Assembly: GCA_012862495.1 (NCBI GenBank)
Contig: BLSG01000370.1
Location: forward strand, 1-33,524
Source: Thraustochytrium aureum
Lineage: Eukaryota
DNA length: 33,524 nt
Reading direction: 5' to 3'
A model generated the notes under the pieces. It was not told where the DNA came from and searched no databases. It saw nothing but the letters and a program-made list of their open reading frames with translations. The translations under genes and the position numbers were made by a program. This document shows, piece by piece, positions 1 to 7,841 of this stretch. Positions within the stretch are counted from its first letter, which is position 1; every line of letters begins with the position of its first letter.

Positions 1-122
1 CTGGCCGACATTGCTGACCTGTGCCACAAGAACTTTTAATGAACGTGTTTTTTTTGTTGCGTTTTTTTTTGGCAAGACATGCTTTGAATCCTGCACTCGC
101 CGTGTCGCTCGCAGACCCGAGC

Positions 123-275
123 CCTTCCCTCGGTCGGCCTAGGGGCATCGGGTGCTGGCGCCTTCCCTCGGTCGGCCTAGGGGCATCGGGTGCTGGCGCC
201 TTCCCTCGGTCGGCCTAGGGGGCATCGGGTGCTGGCGCCTTCCCTCGGTCGGCCTAGGGGGCTCGGGTGCTGGCG
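123..275. repeat. Minisatellite, 4 tandem copies of a 38-39 bp unit (CCTTCCCTCGGTCGGCCTAGGGGCATCGGGTGCTGGCG)
   Basis: Read directly: units start at 123, 161, 199 and 238. Copies 3 and 4 carry an extra G and copy 4 lacks an A. There are no spacers. Confidence 0.95.
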
Positions 276-415
276 CTGATGCGGCGCTGTGCGTTGCTCT
301 CGGCGGCACGACGGCGGAACATGAGACAACCCAGCGGAACGCAGTACATACAAATCACTCTGGGCGACGACGCTGCGCTGCCCCTACAAGCGGGTGGGCG
401 CCTTTCCAATGAAAA

Positions 416-1129
416 CTAGATGATGCCCCACTTGCGCTCGAACGCGCTCAGCAGGCGAGACACCGCGCACGCGCCAGACAAGGGATACTCGGAAAAGGAG
501 AGCGCGGCTTCCGCGTAGTCAACATTGATGTCACCATGCGCAATCGCGCCGAAAACAAACACCACAGGCTCTGTATCTGGTAGGGCCGGAACAAACTCGT
601 GCACGTCCACTAGTGTGCCCGAGACCTCTGCGGTGAAGACCCGCGCGCCTGGCGGAAGGTGCGAGGTGAACGGGTTCTTGACGACCTTCAGCAGGGTCTT
701 GTTGCCGTCCACAGCCCGGATCTTCATCTTGTGCAGAAGCTGCACCATGAGGCCAGCGAACCGCTTGAACGTGCGCGGAATGCGCAAGTGCTCGCTAACC
801 TTGATGAGCACGTTCTTGTTCGTGCGAAGGTAGACCTCCAAGTGCCCAGCTTTGTTGAGTGGGCTGTCAAGAAGAGCCAGGAGCATCTGGTGCGCAATAT
901 CCGGGCGCGATTGCGCTGGGTCTTTGTTGAGCTTTTTGTGGAGTCCCAGGTGATCGTCGCAGTTGAGGAGCTCGAACGAGCCTTTCGAGGTCTTGATCGC
1001 CTCAAGCGTCGCTTCGTCCAAGAGGATGATGACTTTGCGCACCTGCCCTTTGCCGTCCACTGCGTGCTTGTTGGCTAGCGCCTCGGCGGCCGCAAGGCGC
1101 TCGCCCTGCCCCTCCTGCCCCTCCTGCCC
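416..1129 (-). CDS. EMG1: 18S rRNA pseudouridine N1-methyltransferase Nep1/EMG1 (SPOUT family), 5' end in gap
   Basis: Family motifs LLNCDDH, RPDIAHQMLLALLDSPLNKAG, RIPRTFKRFAGLMVQLLHK, GAIAHG and YPLSGA. The frame stays open upstream (GQEGQEGQGERL...) into the gap at 1131. Confidence 0.95.
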   Translation of the reverse strand, partial: GQEGQEGQGERLAAAEALANKHAVDGKGQVRKVIILLDEATLEAIKTSKGSFELLNCDDHLGLHKKLNKDPAQSRPDIAHQMLLALLDSPLNKAGHLEVYLRTNKNVLIKVSEHLRIPRTFKRFAGLMVQLLHKMKIRAVDGNKTLLKVVKNPFTSHLPPGARVFTAEVSGTLVDVHEFVPALPDTEPVVFVFGAIAHGDINVDYAEAALSFSEYPLSGACAVSRLLSAFERKWGII

Positions 1130-1989
1130 CNNNNNNNNNNNNNNNNNNNNNNNNNNNNNNNNNNNNNNNNNNNNNNNNNNNNNNNNNNNNNNNNNNNNNN
1201 NNNNNNNNNNNNNNNNNNNNNNNNNNNNNNNNNNNNNNNNNNNNNNNNNNNNNNNNNNNNNNNNNNNNNNNNNNNNNNNNNNNNNNNNNNNNNNNNNNNN
1301 NNNNNNNNNNNNNNNNNNNNNNNNNNNNNNNNNNNNNNNNNNNNNNNNNNNNNNNNNNNNNNNNNNNNNNNNNNNNNNNNNNNNNNNNNNNNNNNNNNNN
1401 NNNNNNNNNNNNNNNNNNNNNNNNNNNNNNNNNNNNNNNNNNNNNNNNNNNNNNNNNNNNNNNNNNNNNNNNNNNNNNNNNNNNNNNNNNNNNNNNNNNN
1501 NNNNNNNNNNNNNNNNNNNNNNNNNNNNNNNNNNNNNNNNNNNNNNNNNNNNNNNNNNNNNNNNNNNNNNNNNNNNNNNNNNNNNNNNNNNNNNNNNNNN
1601 NNNNNNNNNNNNNNNNNNNNNNNNNNNNNNNNNNNNNNNNNNNNNNNNNNNNNNNNNNNNNNNNNNNNNNNNNNNNNNNNNNNNNNNNNNNNNNNNNNNN
1701 NNNNNNNNNNNNNNNNNNNNNNNNNNNNNNNNNNNNNNNNNNNNNNNNNNNNNNNNNNNNNNNNNNNNNNNNNNNNNNNNNNNNNNNNNNNNNNNNNNNN
1801 NNNNNNNNNNNNNNNNNNNNNNNNNNNNNNNNNNNNNNNNNNNNNNNNNNNNNNNNNNNNNNNNNNNNNNNNNNNNNNNNNNNNNNNNNNNNNNNNNNNN
1901 NNNNNNNNNNNNNNNNNNNNNNNNNNNNNNNNNNNNNNNNNNNNNNNNNNNNNNNNNNNNNNNNNNNNNNNNNNNNNNNNNNNNNNNNC

Positions 1990-2586
1990 CTGGTCGACAA
2001 TGAGAGCGGCGTCCTCTCCAAGGTGTCCGGCCTGCTCTCCGCGCGCGGGTTCAACATCGACTCGCTGACCGTCAGCGCCACCGACGTCAAGGAGCTCTCG
2101 CGCATGACAATCGTCCTCATCGGCCCAGACCCTCAGATTGAGCAGGCCAAGCGCCAGCTGGAAGACCTGGTCGACGTGTGGGGCGTTGTCGACTACAAGG
2201 GGGAGTCTGTGCTCGAGCGCGAGTTGGCCATCGTCAAGGTCAACTGCGTTCCGCCTGACATGGAGGCCGACAGCAGCGACGAGGACGGCGTCTTCAGCGA
2301 CTACGACAGAATGATGCAAACGCACTTCCAGCGCCAGGCTATCCTTGACATTGCAAAGATGTTTGGCGCGGAGGTGAACGACGTCGGCTCTGACTCGCTC
2401 ATCCTGGAGATTGTGGCCTGGAGCAAGCGCGTCGACGCCTTCATCCGGATCCTGCGGCCATACGGCGTGATCGAGGCCGCGCGGTCTGGCGTCATCGCCA
2501 TGAACCGCTGCAAGGTTGCTGGCGAGGATGACGGCGTTGGCGAGGAGCGCACTGTGGTCGACCTTGCCGATCTCCCGCCCTCGTAG
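1990..2586 (+). CDS. ILV6: Acetolactate synthase (AHAS) regulatory small subunit, fungal Ilv6-like, 5' end in gap
   Basis: ACT-domain motif LVDNESGVLSKVSGLLSARGFNIDSL...ELSRMTIV, then ERELAIVKV and PYGVIEAARSG. The C-terminus DLADLPPS resembles the yeast Ilv6 end as I recall it. Confidence 0.92.
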   Translation: MVDNESGVLSKVSGLLSARGFNIDSLTVSATDVKELSRMTIVLIGPDPQIEQAKRQLEDLVDVWGVVDYKGESVLERELAIVKVNCVPPDMEADSSDEDGVFSDYDRMMQTHFQRQAILDIAKMFGAEVNDVGSDSLILEIVAWSKRVDAFIRILRPYGVIEAARSGVIAMNRCKVAGEDDGVGEERTVVDLADLPPS

Positions 2587-2891
2587 AGGATCGCTCCTCG
2601 TGCCCTCGTGAAGTGCTTGTTTTGGCGAAGGCCGGGACGCTGCCGCGGGCTCGCGGAGATGCTGGTGATGAGGATGGTGGTTGCTGTCCTCGTCGCTCCT
2701 CGCTGGCGAGGTCATTTCTCTCTAGTAGAGAGCGTTTTGGATGCAAGCATTTTGCGTGCAAGTGAGGTGTCTGCTCTTTCCTTGCCTTGTTTGCCAAATT
2801 CCTGGTCTTGTAGAAGAAACGCTCCATGCCGTGCACAGTCTGTCGCGCGCTTGGGGCAAGTTTGGTGCTTGTCCTCGTCGTTGGCCAGCGC

Positions 2892-3040
2892 GCAAGAAAT
2901 CGATCTGGAAAGCGCGCGATTTGCGCTGCAAGAAATCGATCTGGAATGCGCGCGACTTGCGCTGCAAGAAATCGATCTGGAAAGCGCGCGACTTGCGCTG
3001 CAAGAAATCAATCGGGAAAGCGCGCGACTTGCGCTGCAAG
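2892..3040. repeat. Minisatellite, about 4 tandem copies of a 36 bp unit (GCAAGAAATCGATCTGGAAAGCGCGCGACTTGCGCT)
   Basis: Units start at 2892, 2928, 2964 and 3000 with 0-2 substitutions each. A degenerate partial copy lies at 3054-3068. Confidence 0.95.
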
Positions 3041-3062
3041 TACACATCTTGTTGCTAGAAAT

Positions 3063-4805
3063 CTATCCTCGGCCGGTCTGGCCCGCCAATCCGCTTGTCT
3101 TGCTTGTTAAGCGCCGGGGAGGTGGGGCAGCTGGCATCCGTTCTGGCGCCTGTTGCGCATTCTTGGTGTCCGGCATGCCCTCGACAGAGCGCAACCTCAC
3201 ACTAGTTGGTTGAAATACCGCCTCAGATCCGGCAGGTGGCCCACATCTTGAACAGCCCGTCACTCGCCATCTCGCGCCTCTCTCTCTAGCTGTAAGCGTA
3301 GCCCATGGCCTGGACGTTTCCTTGACGCGGAAAAGGTACTCGATCTCGCGCACGAACTTGTAGAGCGGGATGGAGGAGACCCTGCTAACAACCGCGTCGT
3401 GCTTCTTGTCCGGGCTCTCCATCATCTGGTCCATCAGCGTCCGGCTGTAAAGGTTTTCTTCCACGAACGTATTGCTCGTGTTGTAGAGGAGCTGCTCAAT
3501 TTTCAACAGGTCGCTCGGGTACTTGTACCAGTGGAAGGCAGCAGGGGTCTCGGAGCAGCAAATCTGCGTCAGCGGCTTCTTAAACCAGTACCACGAGTGC
3601 GAACCCGACCGCTTGCGCAAGAAGAGCGAGTCCGAGAGCCTGAAGAGCGAAATCATTTGAAACCCGTGGACGTCAACGAGGCTCTTCGCTGTGATGTTGA
3701 GATTGTATAGGCAGATCGCCTCTGTCACCTCTTGCGACGCGCCGTCCCGATCGACGCACTTGTGATGGCCAAACTTTTCGCGAGGCCCATACTCGTTGGG
3801 CATAGTCTTGTACGATTTCGCGACGGCCCTCAAGGCTGCCCGGGACAGCCCCACGACAGCGCCGTTTACAAAGGGTCGCGGCGCCAGATGGCTCACGTGG
3901 CCAAAGTAGTGCGGCTGCTCGGGGTTCCACCTGTTGGCCTCAAAGTAGAGCTTGAGAAATTCAACAAACACAAAGCTGTCGTCGTCGATCTTGAAGAAGT
4001 AGTCAGCCTTGTCGAGGTCGTGGTCAGCGATGTAAACCCACGACCGCCACACCTTTTCCCAGATGTGTCTGCAGGCGATCGGCACGCCGTTGTGCGAGCA
4101 TGTTTTCGTCGCGTATTTCTTGTCTTTCACCATGGGATCATTCTTGCGGACAATTGGCACCTGCACCATTTCGATGCGCCGGACGCCCTCGCGCTCGAAA
4201 TGAGTCGGGAACGTCTCACCCTCCGGCGGGGGGTCAATGAAAAACTTGATCTCGTCACACCTCTTGCCCCACGTCCTCGCGACGGCCTCGATCTTATCGT
4301 ACCGGTGCTTTGCGTAGATTGTCGGCACCATGCAGTACACGCGGTGTCGTCGCCAGCTTCCGCTGAGCATCAAGCTCACCATCGAGATGCTTCCGTCCGT
4401 TTCCGCGCCGGCCTCGCTCACGGCTGCCGACTCGCGCATGGAAGGAGATCCGATCGCGGCAAGAAGCTTGGCGTTCTCCTCGCGAAGCCTCGCAGCCTCT
4501 CTCTCGAGTCGCTGCAAACGGGACACTTCGATCACCTCAGCTACGCTCGATTTGGACTCGGGGTCAACGTCGATGGAGGACATGTCGCCCACAAGAGTGT
4601 TTTGTCGGTACGTCAAAAACAGGACCATGCCGACTGCGATGTAGACCACGACCTTGAACTGCCGCAGCGAGGAAAACCGCCCGCCCCGTGGGATGGTCTG
4701 GCGCGACCGGAGGTCAGCCTTGACGCGAGCCGCTGAGGCGCTCCCTGGTCCTGCAAGTCCGCCGAATCGCGGCGTGTGGCTCTCATCCTCTGGTTGGTAC
4801 AGCAT
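3063..4805 (-). CDS. GT31/Fringe-like glycosyltransferase, C1GALT1 (core-1 beta-1,3-galactosyltransferase)-like type II membrane protein
   Basis: ATG at 4805, then a single TM segment (VVVYIAVGMVLFLTY) and a coiled stem. Catalytic-domain motifs RVYCMVPT...TWGKRCD, WEKVWRSWVYI, ADYFFKIDDDSFV (DxD), HYFG, LSRAAL and CCSETPAAFHWY. The exact C-terminus is uncertain. Confidence 0.82.
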   Translation of the reverse strand: MLYQPEDESHTPRFGGLAGPGSASAARVKADLRSRQTIPRGGRFSSLRQFKVVVYIAVGMVLFLTYRQNTLVGDMSSIDVDPESKSSVAEVIEVSRLQRLEREAARLREENAKLLAAIGSPSMRESAAVSEAGAETDGSISMVSLMLSGSWRRHRVYCMVPTIYAKHRYDKIEAVARTWGKRCDEIKFFIDPPPEGETFPTHFEREGVRRIEMVQVPIVRKNDPMVKDKKYATKTCSHNGVPIACRHIWEKVWRSWVYIADHDLDKADYFFKIDDDSFVFVEFLKLYFEANRWNPEQPHYFGHVSHLAPRPFVNGAVVGLSRAALRAVAKSYKTMPNEYGPREKFGHHKCVDRDGASQEVTEAICLYNLNITAKSLVDVHGFQMISLFRLSDSLFLRKRSGSHSWYWFKKPLTQICCSETPAAFHWYKYPSDLLKIEQLLYNTSNTFVEENLYSRTLMDQMMESPDKKHDAVVSRVSSIPLYKFVREIEYLFRVKETSRPWATLTARERGARWRVTGCSRCGPPAGSEAVFQPTSVRLRSVEGMPDTKNAQQAPERMPAAPPPRRLTSKTSGLAGQTGRG

Positions 4806-4955
4806 CGTCTGCCAGCGCTCTTCGTGCCGCGCGGCCCACCCAGCGCCGCGGCCGCGACCACCTCGAGCGCCACGAGCACCACGAGCGCCACGAGCAACGG
4901 CTTCGCAGTGCTTGGCAAGGGGCTGGCCAAGGCTAGTCTGTCCCTCGCTCCGCAA

Positions 4956-5023
4956 CAGCAGCAGCAGCAGCAGCAAGGGCAGCGGCAGGCGCGCACGCAG
5001 CAGCAGCAGCAGCAGCAGCAGCA
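4956..5023. repeat. Two (CAG)n microsatellite tracts
   Basis: CAG runs read directly in the divergent intergenic region between the GT31 gene and TrpA. Confidence 0.85.
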
Positions 5024-5323
5024 GTCGGGCGCGCCAGGAGTCGGCTGATCCCGCGGCGCACGCACCCAGGTGAGTAGGTANNNNNNNNNNNNNNNNNNNN
5101 NNNNNNNNNNNNNNNNNNNNNNNNNNNNNNNNNNNNNNNNNNNNNNNNNNNNNNNNNNNNNNNNNNNNNNNNNNNNNNNNNNNNNNNNNNNNNNNNNNNN
5201 NNNNNNNNNNACGAGAGGACACCAGCGCGTAGTGCACGAGGCCGAACAGGCCGGCGTTCACAAGAGCGGACGCAGGGCTCCACGGCGGCGACGACGCGCG
5301 GTCCTCAGGAGCGCAACGACAGC

Positions 5324-5402
5324 CAGCAGCAGCAGCAGCAGCAGCAGCAGCTCAAGCAGCAGCCAAGCAGCAGCACAAGGGGGCGGAGGAGGAGGAGGAG
5401 GC
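5324..5402. repeat. (CAG)n and (GGA)n microsatellites just upstream of TrpA
   Basis: Read directly from the sequence. Confidence 0.85.
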
Positions 5403-5449
5403 GGCGACAGGCGCGCGCGGCGGGGGCTTGCGTGCGAGCGGTTCGGAAG

Positions 5450-6250
5450 ATGACGGTCGCAGACCTCGCACAGACGTTCGCCAAGTGCGCGGCGGAGAAG
5501 CGCGCAGCGTTTATTCCCTATGTGACCGCCGGCTACCCGAGCAAGGCTGCGACGGTGCCGCAGATGCTGGCCATGCAAGAGGGCGGGGCGGACATCATCG
5601 AGCTCGGCATGCCCTTCAGCGACCCGCTCGCGGACGGGCCCACCATCCAAAAGTCGAGCTTCATCGCTCTCAAGGGCGGCGTGGAGCTCAGCGACTGCCT
5701 CAAGTTCGTCAAGGAGGCGCGGGCCAAGGGCCTGACTGTCCCCGTGGTGTTGATGGGCTACTACAACCCGTTTGCGCAGTACGGCGAGGAGCGCCTGGTG
5801 AACGACTGCGCGGAGGCCACCATCAGCGGATTCATCGTCGTCGACCTCAGCGGGCCGGAAGCTGAGCGATTCGGGAAAACTTGCGCAACCAAGAACCTTG
5901 GTTACGTTCCGCTGGTCGCGCCGACCTCTACCGACAAGCGGTTGGCCGAGGTCGCCGAATTCGGCTCGGGGTACGTGTACTGCGTGAGTGTGACCGGAAT
6001 CACTGGTGCGCGCGACTCCCTGCCGGAAGACCTCCAAGAGTTCACTGACCGGGTCAGGTCGCACTTCAAAATCCCCCTCGCCGTTGGCTTCGGGCTCAAC
6101 ACGCGCGACCACGTCAAGCAGATCGCCCTGCACGCCGATGGCGCTGTGATGGGCAGTGTGATCGTCAAGACTATTGAGGAGGCTGGGGAGAGCATCGACG
6201 CACAGTGCGACGCACTGCGCAGCTTTATCCGCGGAGTCACGTCGGACTAG
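5450..6250 (+). CDS. trpA: Tryptophan synthase alpha subunit (stand-alone, 266 aa)
   Basis: FIPYVTAGYP; IIELGMPFSDPLADGPTIQ carrying the catalytic Glu and Asp; VLMGYYNP, LVAPTS, YCVSVTGITGAR, AVGFG and ADGAVMGS. ATG at 5450, TAG at 6248-6250. Confidence 0.96.
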   Translation: MTVADLAQTFAKCAAEKRAAFIPYVTAGYPSKAATVPQMLAMQEGGADIIELGMPFSDPLADGPTIQKSSFIALKGGVELSDCLKFVKEARAKGLTVPVVLMGYYNPFAQYGEERLVNDCAEATISGFIVVDLSGPEAERFGKTCATKNLGYVPLVAPTSTDKRLAEVAEFGSGYVYCVSVTGITGARDSLPEDLQEFTDRVRSHFKIPLAVGFGLNTRDHVKQIALHADGAVMGSVIVKTIEEAGESIDAQCDALRSFIRGVTSD

Positions 6251-6473
6251 AGCCCCCGATATCTCGTCCACACTACAACTGCTAAAGAAGATCTGAACTT
6301 TGCGGACACCTTGCGCCAGCCACAACCCTTGGTCTCTCCTCGGGGAAGGCACGCCAGCATGGGCCCATCAGCGTGGCCGTCACCGTTGCGCGGCCGAGCC
6401 TTGCCCTCGCAAACCAAACGCTTCTCTCGTTGATCCTTCCCGAGGCCACACAGGAGTCAAAGCGAGCTGGGGT

Positions 6474-7307
6474 CTAGCACTGTCCAGGGTAAAATGGAAA
6501 GCCGTCGTCTGCCGCGCCGAAGCCAGCTTCGCCGCCATGGGGCTGGGCCAGTCGCGGCGCAGCTGCGAGCGCCACCCCAACGCAGTGCCGCGCGTCCAAC
6601 TCCTGAATGCTGAACTGAAAGTCGCCGCAAGCCTCGCCATCCAGCAGCATCTCAACAGTCGCAACTGGCTGAGCGGCCGCCTCTGGTGAGAGCAGGAACG
6701 AGGCGCGCTGGAGACCAAACCCGAGCCCAATCCCGATGGCCTTGATGTACGACTCTTTCAAGCTCCAGAGCTTGTAGAATCGCTTGAGGCTGTCGGGTCC
6801 AAGCGCTTCCGGAGCGACGCCGCCGCGCACAATATCCCACTCGGCTGCGGTGAACGATTTACCCATTAACGAGTAGTATTCGTCCAAGGAGGCGACGCCC
6901 CGCGGCTCGTCGTACTCCATTACGTCAACGCCGACAACCCGTGACTCGTGCCCAGCCAGGACAACCCAGCTCCCGTGGTGGCTCAAGTTGAAGCTAAACG
7001 ACCCCGGGCTTGGGCTGGAAACAAAGGGCTTGCCGCGATCAGTGCGCCCGAGGACCACCGCAGACGGCGCGACGCTGAGCGCCTCGCTGACGAGTTTGCG
7101 GATCGCAAGTCTCCCAGCGAGAGCGCGCTTGCGGTCGGCCTCGAAGCGGAACCGGCCAACGCGGGCCTGCTCCTCGGGCTGGATCTTGCCCAGCAGCGCC
7201 GACCATTCGTCTGGCCCTGGCGACCACGCCGCGGTGTTGATCGCCCAGGCCCAGTGGCGCGAGGGCGGGCTTGCGCCGTCACTGCTGGGGGCCTCCAACG
7301 CAGCCAT
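6474..7307 (-). CDS. 4'-phosphopantetheinyl transferase, Sfp/AASDHPPT (Lys5-like) type
   Basis: GRTDRGKP, FNLSHHGSWVV, VGVDVM, FTAAEW and FYKLWSLKESYIKAIGIGL are the PPTase signature motifs. ATG at 7307. Confidence 0.93.
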   Translation of the reverse strand: MAALEAPSSDGASPPSRHWAWAINTAAWSPGPDEWSALLGKIQPEEQARVGRFRFEADRKRALAGRLAIRKLVSEALSVAPSAVVLGRTDRGKPFVSSPSPGSFSFNLSHHGSWVVLAGHESRVVGVDVMEYDEPRGVASLDEYYSLMGKSFTAAEWDIVRGGVAPEALGPDSLKRFYKLWSLKESYIKAIGIGLGFGLQRASFLLSPEAAAQPVATVEMLLDGEACGDFQFSIQELDARHCVGVALAAAPRLAQPHGGEAGFGAADDGFPFYPGQC

Positions 7308-7841
7308 CGGGCGGCGGCTCGCGGCACCGAGCGAGCGGGAGGGTAGCCAGTGGCTCGCCACGTACCCGAGTTGGTGGATTGAAGGAAGGGAGACCTTGCG
7401 ACGCGTACTTGGTTGATGAGAAGGAGAAGGAGTGACGCAGTCGCCAGCTGGCCTACCCCACCCCCGCCTCCCGCAAGAACCGAGGGCGCGCGGCGCGGGC
7501 CTGCTGCCATCGATGCGAAGCAAGCGCGGCCACGGACAGAATAGCTCCCACTCACAAGGGCGAAGAAGGGCAAGCCGCGCCTGGCCGCAAAGAGGACTTG
7601 CCGGCCTTTCTTGGCCAAACTATAGAAAAGAGAGGAGTAGATACCTACGTGCTCGGCGACGCCCAGCTCGGCCGCGTCCTTAATTTCCGGCGACCTCTTT
7701 CCCTGCGCTGTACGGCCCAACGATGGCTTCCGTTGTCGCTTCGCTCTCTGCTCGGCCTGAAGATTTTGAATGTAGCCTCACTGCCAACTCGCCCCTGGCG
7801 CCCACGTCAACCGACGCTCTGAATGCCTTGGACGCCATCCA

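Noticed and set aside
123..275. CRISPR array (repeat length 38 bp)
   Set aside because: Units are head-to-tail with no unique spacers, there are no cas genes, and the context is eukaryotic.
1075..2715. Long ORFs running through N-gaps (also 11775-12791, 18662-19726, 29122-30537 and others)
   Set aside because: Artefacts of translating N as X; the real genes lie in other frames or on the other strand.
2892..3040. CRISPR array (repeat length 36 bp)
   Set aside because: No spacers between copies; it is a plain tandem minisatellite.
4776..5048. Poly-glutamine protein
   Set aside because: Short ORF made of CAG microsatellites in a divergent intergenic region, with no other coding signal.
6440..6520. 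Possible frameshifted alternative PPTase C-terminus (LPWTVLDPSSL*)
   Set aside because: The resemblance is weak, and the main ORF already contains all PPTase motifs and ends at a normal length.
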